From the NCBI RefSeq assembly GCF_000143415.4, contig NW_003314309.1:62001-126000 (forward strand): a DNA stretch of 64,000 bases, written 5' to 3'. This stretch comes from Selaginella moellendorffii. Taxonomy: Eukaryota > Plantae > Lycopodiophyta. Position 1 is the stretch's first letter. Each line of letters starts with the position of its first letter. A program made the translations under genes and the position numbers. The notes beneath the pieces were generated by a model, which had not been told where the DNA came from, made no database searches, and saw nothing but the letters and a program-made list of their open reading frames with translations. Shown one piece after another: positions 48,332 to 60,128 of the stretch.

Positions 48332-51300
48332 TCTTCTATATTATCAATAAATAATTTATTTTGATAAATTGTTAATGTCCAAATTCCATGATCAATTTTT
48401 CCATTACGTCACAGCCACATATTTTCCTTTATTCTGCACATAATTAAATATTTTTTAGTACTTAATTCATCATTTTTACTAGTAATAGTTTTATATATAG
48501 TTTCAAAAACATTCTTAAATATATGCATATAATCCTTTAAAAATGCTACTGGCAACTTATAAAAAATGGAAGTTGATAAAATGTGAATATAATCATTTTT
48601 TATCATTAGATAATGATATTTGATCTTCTTGTCTAACCAAATAATAATATGTTGCCTATTGTTTTGGAGTCATCTATCCTAGTATTGGTCAAATATAATT
48701 ATGGCCATTAAATAAACTAATTAAAATTAGAATTTAATTTGTGTTTTAGAAATAATAACTAAAATCTTACATTCTATTAGTAGACCTAAATAGATGATCC
48801 ATAGGTAAAAAACACCAATGACTAATATATATGCATTTTTATAAACTTTGTGACTATATTCCAAGAATCTAGATCCACAGTCTAGGTAAAAGTATTTTCC
48901 CATTAATTTGAAGTCCTGAACAAAATCATAATCCAGGAAAATCATGAATAAACTATCACATTGCTTCTCTAAACTTTAAAACCTGTTGACCTTTTGGCTT
49001 AGAATTATCTTTCCATGGCACTTCATCCTATAATTGTTTCAACTCTTCCAAAAATAATGACCAATAAATATTAGGTACTAGGAAGTTTTAGGCCTAGAAA
49101 AATTATAAATAGAAATATTTCATTTTATTTTAAACTAATACCTGGTTTAATCATAATAAGAAATATAAATGAAGGCTTAATTGCTAAAGTTGGTGGTATA
49201 TTATTATTAACTGCAACAATTGCCTAACATGAATATATTTTTGCCATTAATTTTATTGGAGAAAGATCATTTGTAGCCATAGCAAGATGTATATCTCTTG
49301 GATTTACTACAAATTTTTTTAAGATGAACCATCTGCAGACATTCTCATTATTCCATTAATGGATTGATGATAAAATGATAAGCTAAATATTGTGTTATTT
49401 CTCTACATTGAAATTATTATTGAAGTCAAGGTATAATAGAGATAAAATAAAATTATTAATAAATTTAAATAATAAATTAATAAAAATTAATTACCTTTCA
49501 AAATGATCTGTTTCTTTTCTTAATATTCCAGTAATAACTTGCACATCTAGAATCCTTAAACAAGCCAACAAAATAGAAACACTTGCCCCTTTATAAATAA
49601 GTAATAAATTGCCTTCATTTCCATGTAAGCCAATAAATGATCCATAGGTAAGAAACACCAATGACCATTATATATGCATTTTTATAAATTTCATGACTAT
49701 ACTCCAATAAATCCAAGTCCACAGTCTAGGTAAAAGTATTTTCCCATTATTTTGAAGTCTTGAACAAAATTATAAATGAATAAACTATCATATTGCTTCT
49801 CTAAGCTTTAAAAACTATTGACCCTTTAGCTTAGAATTATTTTTTAATGGCACTCCATCCCTTAATTGTTTCAACTCTTCCTAAAATAATAACTAATAAA
49901 TATTAAATTTTTGGACCTAGAAAAATTATAAATGTAAATATTTCATTTTAGTTTATAAACTAATACCTGGTATAATCATAATAAGAAATATAAATGAAGG
50001 CTTAATTGCTAGAGTTGGTGGTATATTATTATTAACTGCAACAATTTCCTATATTTTTGCTATTAATTTTGTTAGAGAAAGATCATTTGCAACCATAGTA
50101 AGATGTATATTTCTTGGATTTACTGCAAAATTTGGGTAATCATCTTCGATTTTTTTTAAGTTGAACCATTTGCAGGCATTCTCATTATTCCATTAGTGGA
50201 TTGATGATAAAATGATAAGTTATATATTGTGCTATTTCTCTACATTGAAATTATTATTGAAATCAAGGTATAATAGAGAAATAGTGCATTATTGTCTCAG
50301 GTATATAATTGCTAAAATCTTTGTGCTTGCTAGGAATAGAAATTTGACAAAATTGAAGGTCCTTATTCTCCTTATGAAATAACATGAAATCATTGATGCA
50401 TGAATCAATCTTTTTATAGGTAAGTCCATTATGTTAAGCGATATTTACCACTTCCTTATAATTATTTGAAAACTTTTATTTGTAGGCAACATTTTTTTAA
50501 AGAGCCTTTATCCAAATAATTAAAAATTCAATACTAAATAATAAATAAAAATTAATTACCTTACAAAATGATCTATTGCTTGGCTTGATATTCCGATAAT
50601 AACTTTCAGATATAGAATCCTTAAACAAGCCAACAAAATAGAAGCACTTGCCCCTTTATAAATAGGTAATAAATTGTCTTCATTTCCATGTAAGCAATTT
50701 TAAAAATAATTAAATATATTATCATTCTCAAAATCATCATTGCCACTACCATTACCACCACTCAAATTAATATAACAATCATCTGGAACTATAGGGCTTT
50801 TATCAATTTCAAAAAATTGTTATACTAAAGTAGTAGATCTGCATAATCTAATCCCTTGAATATCTTCCATTGAAAACCATGCATCATGTGGTGCTAAAGG
50901 ATGTTTACCATAAAGACGAATATGATTTATGATAATTTGTATAAGGTAAATATAATTACTTCTACACCTTAAACACTAACATGCAACTCTCATTCTTAAA
51001 TCCTAAACAAAAAACTTAATACAGATCTGAGGAAGAAAACAAAGTTCTTTTATTAGGAAATTATATGGGTACATTATACTGCTATTAGTAATTTAGTTAA
51101 TGTAAATATTGTTGAAATTTATGACTAAAACTTTTGGAACTACAAACCTTAAGAACTTACATTTTAGTCATAGTTTAAAATTTGTAAATTGCAACTCTAA
51201 TTAGCAACATATATGAGCTTATCTAGCTTTAAAGAATATGTTACTACAAATTATGATTTATATTTTAGTTGTAAGGGACAACTATAATCTCCAACTTAAA

Positions 51301-51345
51301 TTTGAGTAACTATAAAGCTATCACAAATTACAACTTAAAATTTGT
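48332..51345 (-). mobile_element. CACTA Tnp2 relic, unit 3, with internal tandem duplication
   Basis: Colinear with 15800-17755. ATGATCCATAGGTAA recurs at ~48795 and ~49637. Confidence 0.8.
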
Positions 51346-51351
51346 TTCCAG

Positions 51352-51528
51352 GCCAAGTATGTGAGCGCTGGGACTACTCAAGGGGATCCCGAGCTGGAGG
51401 ATGATCCGGAGTCACAGCTCCATCCCCACTGCGAAGAGGATTATGTGCAAACTCTAGGTGTGGCTTTGCGAGAGAAGTGCCTGAGGATCAAGAATGCCAA
51501 GATTGTTTTCAGCATCTGGGAGCTTGGC
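51352..51528 (+). pseudogene. Captured exon of an Spg1/Tem1/SGP-type small GTPase
   Basis: After the acceptor TTTGTTTCCAG the frame reads AKYVSAGTTQGDPELEDDPESQLHPHCEEDYVQTLGVALREKCLRIKNAKIVFSIWELG. This matches the Spg1-family pattern KYV...EDYIQTLGV..EK...I....I.FSIWDLG. Confidence 0.8.
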
Positions 51529-51529
51529 A

Positions 51530-53534
51530 TCTCTCCGTGACAGGCTTGGCATCAAAGTGTGGAACGAGACTGCCAATCCAAGAGCATGGCGGGGAGTGGA
51601 GTGGAGCTCGGACAACCAAGTGGAGGGCCTCGCTCTGTCCAGGTTTAATCTCTCGGGAGTTTTTCCTGCCACCTGGGCCGAGCTTCCATCGCTGGCTCGC
51701 CTGGACCTCTCGCAAAACGGCCTCTCCTCGCTGGAAGTCCTTTGCAAAAATACGCAGCTCAACCTCCTCAACTTGAGCTCCAATTCCCTGCAAGAGTTCC
51801 CCGGAAATCTCTCCAGCCTCGAGAGTTTGGAAAGCCTGGACCTCAGTGGGAACTTCTTCACAGTGGCCGGACTCCCAAACTTTAGCTTGACGCTGCGATC
51901 GCTCAACCTGTCCATCAACAACTTAACTGGGAGCTTTTCCATTGGTGGCACTGGAACTCTCGCACAACGGACTCAGCGGCTCCATTCCAGAAACTTTCGG
52001 GGAGATGACGAACTTGACGCGCCTGGACATATCGTATCACAGGTTTAGAGGAGATCTACCCGATATTTGGAGCAAGAACTTGGAGCTCAGGTACATGGGT
52101 ATCTCCAACAATTCGCTCCAGGGTGGTTTGCCACCGAGCTTGAGAAGGCTACGCAAGCTCTCGGATTTACGCGCTGCATACAACTCTCTCTCCGGGCCAC
52201 TGGAGCTGGAAGATGGCGACTTTGCAAGCATCGAGGTTTTGAACCTCGGGCTAAACTGGTTTAGCGGAACGATCCCGGCTACGCTGGGAGGCTTGAGGAA
52301 CTTGAAGATCCTGGTTCTCACGGGGAATCGTTTTAGTGGCACCATCCCAGGCGAGCTCTCGAAGCTCTCGCATCTCCAGCTGCTGGTTCTCACGGGGAAT
52401 CGTTTTAGTGGTGCCATACCTCCGGAGCTTGGAAACTGTTCGAACATCAGAGGGATACGCCTCGACAGCAATTACTTGACTGGAACAATCCCAGGCGAGC
52501 TCTCGAAGCTCTCACATCTCCAGCAGCTAGTTCTCAGCAGCAACGACATCGGCGGGGAGCTCCCTTCCGGACTCTCCAACTGCACCGTGCTCGTCGTTCT
52601 CTGGCTGGGAAAGAACAAGTTCTCTGGAAATCTCCCTGAGAGCTTCGGGGATTTGAGCCGCCTGCTCATTCTGGAGCTTTCCAGCAACGATCTTGTCGGT
52701 TCAATCCCGGCCATGTTGCAAAACATGTCGGCTCTGCAGTTCCTCATCCTCGAAAACAACAGATTCAGTGGCTCCATACCGGACTGGCTTCCCAGGCTCA
52801 CGAACTTACGAGCCATGGACTTCTCGGTTAACAGGTTCTCTGGGGAGATGCCGGAAAGCATTGGCCGACTGTTTGCCAACGTCCAGCTTTACAACAAGAG
52901 CAAACGGCATATGATGATTCAAACCGGAGGACTCGTCTACAACGGCTTCGCCTTCCCGACCTTCATAGACTTCTCCTTCAACCAGCTGACTGGAAGCATT
53001 CCAGCCGCCATTGGCGACCTCTACAAGCTCCAGGTGCTGGACCTGAGACACAACCAGCTAACAGGTCCCATTCCCGAGTCCCTGGGGAAGGCAAGGAATC
53101 TCTCCAAGGTGTGGCTCGCGGGGAATCGTCTCAATGGCTCCATACCATCGTCCGTGGCGGACCTCTCGTTTCTCACCATCTTCGACGTCTCCAACAACAG
53201 CCTGGTGGGACGGATACCTGACAGCCCGCAACTCTCGTCCATGGACGCGGCTCTCTTCGCTGGGAATCAGCTCTGTGGCTTGCCACTGACCAACACCTGT
53301 TCGAGCACTGCTATGCCGCCACATAAGCTTAGAACAGAGGGACAAGGTGGTAGCGAACAGGACCAAAGAGAGGTGATAACACTTGTCAGCGTTGCGATCT
53401 TCGTGGCAGCCTTCTTCAACGCGTTCTTCTGGACCTACTTTGCGGCAAACCACAGAGCTCATTCCCATGCTGGCAATCAAATCTCTAGCTCGTCCACCAT
53501 GTTGCTGCCGTCCTTTCTACCTTCCAGTTCGTAA
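51530..53534 (+). pseudogene. LRR-RLP copy 4, 5'-truncated and frameshifted
   Basis: Promoter, ATG and signal peptide are absent. There is a 17-bp deletion at ~51948 and a 10-bp deletion at ~53467 that alters the C-terminus. 3 variable modules (52293-52508). Confidence 0.92.
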
Positions 53535-53538
53535 TCCA

Positions 53539-55654
53539 TCACCATCGTGTGACCGCTTGATGAAGTGAACTCTTCTTATCTGCTTTCAAGGCCGCCTCCT
53601 GTATAGTTTTGAGCTTATCATGATCCTCCCACAGCCCCGCGCTCCGGTAGATGCTCGCCATCAGAACGTACGCAGCCGAGTCATTCTCGTCGATCTTCGT
53701 CAGTGCCTCGAACGCAATCCTCCCCACTTCCACTTACGGCAGGCCCTCCTCCAAACCACAGCATCCGCTCTCAAAGGCATGCTCTCGAGGACTTTCAAGG
53801 CCTCTTCCAGTCGGTTACGAGATCCACCAAGCTGCTGTAGTGATGAATCCCGCAAACAATGCCAGAGTCCGGGTCCATTGCCTGGAAAAACTCCCTGCCT
53901 CGTTCAACTATGCCGCCGTGGCTGCAAGCAGTGATGACCGAGACAAATGTGATTGCGTTTGCTCGCACGCCATCTTCTCGCATCTCGCGAAAGGCTTCGA
54001 ACACGCGCGACGTGTCACCCTGTTGGCCGAATCCCGTGATCAGTGCATTCCAGGCGACGATATCTCGGACTGCCAGAGATCCAAACAAGTGCTCGGCCGC
54101 ACTCATAACTCCGCACTTCCTGTAGAAGTTTACTCCCCACAACTTGATCGTCTTCCAGCCCACGCCTGTAAAGCTCAGCCTGGATTCCTTCCAGCTAGGC
54201 CGTAAGTGCTACAAGAGTCCGAGAGTTTGGAGCACAGTCCACTCCAAGAGTTCCAGCCCGAGCTCACTCTCACCGTTGTCTATATATCCCTGTATCGAGC
54301 TCGTCCAAACGACAACGTCCCGGCTAGGCATGCGTTTGAAAACTGCTCGAGCTTTCACCATATCTCCACACTTGGCATACATGTCCACCAAGCTGCTCCC
54401 GACAAATCTGTGCTCGCAGCGTCCAAACTTCGCGGCGAGAGAATGAATCTCCATCCCCTTTTCTAGGCTCTGGATTCGCACTAGCTTTCCATCTTCTCAC
54501 GGAACAGGTGGCTCGGACGCTGAAAGGTGGACGCAGGCCATGAGCGCAGCAACAAACGTTCTCTCGTCCGGATCGTTCTCCCGAGCCATGCCGAAGAACA
54601 GCTCCAAGGCCAGCTTACTGTCTCCACTCACATCGGCCAACCATGCCATCGAAGACCTTGCGAGCTTCCTCTAGCTTCTCACACTTCGCGTACATATCGA
54701 TCAGAGTGTTCCCCACGAACACGTCCTCACAGCACCTGTTGTTTGAAGCTTCACCGTGGATAGCCACCCCGGTTTCCAAGCTCTTTCTCTTCACGAGTTT
54801 GCCGTCGACATCCACCGCTTCTTCTCGCATTGCCGAGCTCGCACAGGCGGCAAGCGCAGCAACACACGTCCGAGAGCTTGGACAGCACCCAGATAGCTTC
54901 ATATCTTCGAAGAACACGAGAGCCAGCTCGCTTTCCCCGTTGTCCACAAAGCCTTGTATCAAGCTCGTCCAGAGCACGACATCACGACGAGGCATGCTCT
55001 CGAAAACCATCCGCGCGTCGACCATGCTCCCACACTTTGAGTACATGTCACTTGGCTGCTTCCCACGAAGATATCTCCACAGCAGTGGCTTTTCACAGCT
55101 CCATCGTGAACAGCGAGCCCCTTTTCCAGGCTCTTCGTCTTCACCATCTTTTGGTGGCCTCCTCTTTCACTGCTAGATTCGCACAGGCCTTGGCAGCAGC
55201 AACGAAAGTCCAAGACTTTGGCGAGCAGTCCATTTTCCCAAAGAACTCGAGAGCGACCTCGCTTTCTCGTCTTCCTTCGCCGTGAGGCTGCTACAAGCCT
55301 TTGCCGCGTCTTGGAGTTTGGCTTGCAGCCCGACCGCCTGGCTTGCATCCTCTCGAAGATCGCTGCCCAGCATCAAGGACATCACGTTTGGGTGAAGAAT
55401 GCTGTCGAACACACGGCGGGAATCCTCCATGCTGCCGCATTTCGCGTACATGTCCACAAGCGCATTGACAACATGGATCCCCAGCTGCTTGCTCTCCGCC
55501 GCCTGGGCGTGGATCGCCCAGGCGCAAATTGCCCTTGCGCAAATCCCTTGTGACCTTCAACGCCGACACCTGCTGATCGGGCGCCCGCGGCGGCGCTGCC
55601 GAAGGAGCGAATGCTGGTGCGGCGCATCGAATCGCTGCCGTCGCCAAGACTCAT
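53539..55654 (-). pseudogene. PLS/E-class PPR pseudogene, copy 4
   Basis: PPR motifs across frames. E-domain VEVGRIAFEALTKIDENDSAAYVLMASIY ending QAVTRW*. Confidence 0.9.
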
Positions 55655-55751
55655 CCATCGCAAGAACCCTAAACATTTGCTAGCAACATGGAAATTCAAC
55701 CAAGGCCGTCGATTCAAGAATATCTGACGGTTGGAAATGAATCGGGGATGG

Positions 55752-56210
55752 AAAAACCTTGAGGTACTCGGGAAAAATCGCCCTGTACAACCCAGCGTAG
55801 CCTTGGGTGCGAACAATGTGCCTCAGCGCGCTCGCAATCCCAGGCTTGTAAGCCGGTGTCCATCTCCGGTCGCCCTCGAGTTAAGTCGATCGGAAACACC
55901 GCTGAAAACAGGAACTATGGCGATCACGCTCTTAAGACTCTTACCTGTTGAGGCAGCGATTCCTGCTACTCCACCGGAGATCAAGCTCGTCACCATCCTA
56001 CTCGGGCCTGAAAGTAAACATGTAACGCCAGGAGGCCTAAGCTTGTCAAAACTGTGTTTACCAATGCGATGCTGCTCTGTCTTTTCCAAAAATTTCTCAG
56101 GGAAACTAAAAAGAAATCCAACTTTTAGCATTCCAGTAGTTGTAGAGAGTGTCATACAAGCAGAAGTTTATCGCAATCATTGGGCCTATGGCAGGAGTCA
56201 AGTCTGTTGC
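55752..56210 (-). pseudogene. Mitochondrial carrier gene fragment, copy 4
   Basis: VFPIDLTRGRPEM carrier signature; paralog of the other copies. Confidence 0.75.
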
Positions 56211-57555
56211 ATTTGGCAGTGAGGAAAACCAATACCAAAAGCGTCGGTCAGAGTTCCTTATAAAAGCTAAGGAAGCTCTCCTGTTGATGAATTGTGGAAA
56301 GCGTGTGATAGATGTGGACGCATGGCAACATCTACACGCAAAAGCACAAAAGTTGTCAAGGGAACAACCAACAACAAAGATCACAAAGCTCAAGGTGAGG
56401 AAATTCAGGAGAAGACTCAGGAACAAGATCCTGAACATGTAACCACCTTGAGGTTCCAAACTTACAGTCGTCAAACCAAAGTGTAATGTGAACATGATCC
56501 AATAGGAGCAGTCTCTAGCATCTCCACCGCACACAGCAACACTAACACAACCAGCTCTCAACGCTGACACCGACAACATGCTGCATCACCACAAACACCA
56601 CAGTTGAGAGCATCCCGAGCAGGAGTGATGCTGCAAGCCTGAGCTTACACCAGATCTTAAGCTTGACATTTCTCCAGTTTGTGGACAAAATGCACTGTTT
56701 CCAGCCAATGCTACAGATGTTGATACCAGCAGATTTTCCAAGGCTTTTCCACGACAAGCAGATGAACATTTTCATGTGAGACAGAGTCCAATCAACACCT
56801 TTGTCTACCAGCCTCTAGATGCAAAGCTCTCAAACATCCAAAACCATATTCTCCAGCACAAGAGGAGAATTCGAGGTACAGCTTTCTAGGGATCTGTATG
56901 CGCAAAGACTTAGCACATGAACGAGGAACTCCCCAAGGAGAATACAGAACTTTGCAATGAAATCCAGCTGTAGAGATAGGGTGCACTACAATAGAAGAAC
57001 AAGTTCAAGAATGAGCTCTTTGGAATCATAGCAGTAACAAAACAGCTTAATGCCATGGAGAAGTGAGAGCTTCAAGATGAAACTCAACTCAATCATGGAA
57101 GAAAAGTGGACCATAGAAAATCAACTTTATATTTAAAAACATCATCCTAAGTCTTGAGATTCAAACTTTGAGACTCAAGAATAGGAATGCCCTATGTAAA
57201 ACTAATTAAAGGGGTGAGTTAACACAAACTCTATCCCTTTCTTTTGTACTTTAGCCTTCTATTATTAATGCATATCCATATGCTCAAAATCTAAAGTACT
57301 CAAGTGATACTAACTTTATTTGCTCATAACTTCAACAAAAGCCTTCTTAGAGATTGAAGGACTTAAGTCATTCCTTTTTTACTTTTTATGTGTTTATTTG
57401 TGTCTAGAGCAAAATGCAAAATCAAGTCAAACAAGTGTAGTAGCAAACATCCATTTTACTCTTACCTTTTTTTCTCTTTCACTCTTATTTTCTTTTCCTC
57501 TTTCTTTCTTTTCTAGTACAAACTTTTAGCACACAGACTTTTACCCAAATTTCTA

Positions 57556-58329
57556 GGAATGGCTTATTCTGACCTTTAAAGTGATGATTGCAAAATATAT
57601 GAACTTTCAACATTTAAATTGAGCGGAATATTTGGTATCTCTTTGATATATATATATATTACGAGGGTATAAAATTCCATTGGTGCTTCACCATATTAAC
57701 TCTTATATGGTTATTATTTGATACTGCCAACAAAGTTAAGTTTACCTTTGTGATTGTTATAAACTACCGATGCTAGGTTTTGGGATCAATATTTGTTAAG
57801 CATTCTTCCATTTGTTTGAGTGGAATTTATTGAGCATTTAGGCTATATATAAGTGGGATAATAACAACACAGCAACTTCCATCATTATCCATCAGTGAAA
57901 TACAAAGTGGATGACTTGGTATTAATTCATTTTCCTAATGTTACAATATATGGTTTGTCTAAGGGGCTCCTTATTCAGTGGAACAAACCATATTAAATAT
58001 TGTGGTAAGTTAAACTACACATTTATAAGGTTTGGTAAAATATTCAACAAACCAATCCTTTAGATATGCAATAACTTAAACGCTTTGTATAAAGGGATCA
58101 AGCACCACCTACAGATCCACCAATGCCTCCTCTTGATGTTCCTCTAAATCCTAGCCTATCAACCTGAAAACCTTAACTACCTTTCATCCTTCTAAAAACA
58201 TAATGTGAGGTCTAAGTGTATAATTATGATGTTGTATATAAATATTAGTATAGTGGTATTTTGATAGTCATCAGATTGACTACAATTTAGACCACTTACT
58301 TTTGTATATAAACTATGGCTTCACTAAGA
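57556..58329 (+). mobile_element. Old gypsy integrase/LTR remnant, unit 4
   Basis: The LTR starts TGTGAGG at ~58204 and keeps the central GTGGTATTTTGATAGTCATCAGATTG segment that is missing from the other units. Confidence 0.8.
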
Positions 58330-58855
58330 GTGCTACTTAAGCTATAAATGAGGCTAGAAATAAAACCCCTTTTAATGGCATCTTTCTCAATATTAAATCA
58401 AGAGAGTAATAAATAGCTCAATGAAGTTATCAGTCTTTATATTTTTTCTTAGTGAAAATTTGATAACTAAATTATTTTATTAATAGTATATACTTAATAT
58501 ACATATCCAATCAATATAATTTATTGGGAGTAGGTAAAAATACCATAATATAACTAGTAAATTTTAGAAATATAATAAATTTACTTTTAAATAGGACAGA
58601 GAAAAATATAATTAAATAGAGAATGGATATAAGTGACAATACAAGTGATAAAGAAGAAACCATTGATATTTTATCCACTTGAAAAGTTCTTCACCACTTA
58701 AGAAATAATAAGCTTAAATAGAATATTAATTATATAGTATATTTTAATTCCTTTAAAAGAATTAAATATCCTCAATTTCTTTAAAGGGAGAAATTAAGAA
58801 GCATTTGAGGTGGTATTACTTAAAAAACAAGCAAGTATATTCCTAGAGGCAATTC

Positions 58856-59787
58856 CTCCTTTCCTCTATTTGTTTTCTTCCAATGCTTGGGCTTCTTCCC
58901 ATCAATCTTCTTGTAGATTCAATGCTGCCCATTTCACTCCACCCACAGCCCCTTGAGATCTACAAAGAGATCCACCACCTTATGCACAAATTGGTAGTTG
59001 GCTCCATTAAAGTAATTGTGCCCAAACATGATGAATCTGCCATTGGGCCACATGGGTGAGTGTTAGGATCCTATCCCTTACACCCTAAGCCAACTGGCTA
59101 AAGGGGTGATCACTTGATTGTAGGGCCTTTTCTTTATCCTATTATCCTGATCTAGTGCCTAACAATCCTCCCCCTCGTCAGGGAATGATCGTCCGCGATC
59201 ATACTTAGGCCACCCTCTGATCACTATGGTCCTTCTTTTAGGGTCTACCAAACCTTGGTTCTCCCTCTAGATCCACCATGTTGAATATTCCTTCAGAATA
59301 TTCATGCCCCACTTGTCAGCCACAAGAATCGAACTGGGCTCCGATACCAATATTATGATCCGGCGCAAAAAGACAGAGATCTAGTCACCCTAGACTATGC
59401 TACGCCACCTCTTGAGGTTCCTCACCACCCAACCACCCCCGAGCTACCTCAAAAGCTCCACTGTGCCACCGCTCCTTTGTGAGCCCTAGGGTAGGTTAAG
59501 TCCCTTACCCTAACATGCTTTAATATACCCTTGAGCCTCCCTTTGACCAACGTTGACCACATAGTCAAAGTTGGTGCCTAACAGTGAGCATGCGAGATTG
59601 ATGTCCATCCATGTCGAGTGGAAATCATGCCAACATCCATTTCAATCAAATTTGCCGAGATCCCCAACATGCACAGCTTGTAGAGCCCCATGTTGGTGGA
59701 GAATGGCACTGGCACAATGTTGTTACTAGCATTGGAGAAGGCCATATTTTGCAAAAATTGGTTAAAGAGCATCACATTGCTGTGCAC
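58856..59787 (-). pseudogene. Last-exon relic of a class I SAM-dependent methyltransferase (Methyltransf_24-like), interrupted by a TRIM
   Basis: After the acceptor TTTTCCAG at 59788: LFNQFLQN...IVPVPFST..LYKLC..GISANLIEMDVG/HDFHSTWMDIN. With the insertion removed, the frame continues MFGHNYFNGANYQFVHKVVDLF...*NGQH*. Confidence 0.7.
59061..59583 (-). mobile_element. TRIM-like non-autonomous LTR element with dissimilar terminal repeats
   Basis: TSD GTGAG on both sides and TGTTAGG/CCTAACA termini. iMet PBS TGGTATCGGAGC at 59338-59349 (-) and PPT at 59165-59177. Terminal segments are 59351-59583 and 59061-59164. Confidence 0.75.
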
Positions 59788-60128
59788 CTGGAAAAATTAT
59801 AAGTTGATATGGCTCTTTGTTTTACTGTAAATAAAGGATCATATTAGCTTTTAGTTTTTCTAAGTTCAACAAAATATGTAACAAAAGGTAATTATGGATG
59901 AAATTTGAAGGGTTTTTTAAGCATGTAAGTCATACTTCTATTGAATTCTTAAATAATATATATTTATTTTTATTATATTTAAATGGGATTTTTGATAATT
60001 CATACAAAGATAAACCTTAATTAAATTGTATAAAAAACTTCACATTGATGTTAATCATATTAGTCAAACAACAATACTTAAGTAATCTAATTTAACAAAA
60101 TTTAATTAATTTATACACTATCATTAGT

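Larger units (their letters stand above)
34985..51270. repeat. Tandem segmental duplication, unit 3
   Basis: Colinear with unit 1. It lacks the equivalent of ~13210-15799 (junction AACCCTAAGATT|CTTCTATATT at ~48332). Confidence 0.95.
51271..58855. repeat. Tandem segmental duplication, unit 4 (truncated; no Cassandra, no MSH3)
   Basis: Colinear with unit 1 up to GGCAATT at ~58854, after which unrelated sequence begins. Confidence 0.92.

Noticed and set aside
51942-53534. 530-aa ORF as a functional RLP
   Set aside because: It starts at a non-ATG codon created by a frameshifting deletion, has no promoter or signal peptide, and has an altered C-terminus.
59061-59583. Retrozyme (hammerhead) or 5S content in the second TRIM
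   Set aside because: No CTGATGA/GAAA hammerhead core was found by eye. The GCGATCATAC match to the 5S 5' end is only 10 nt.
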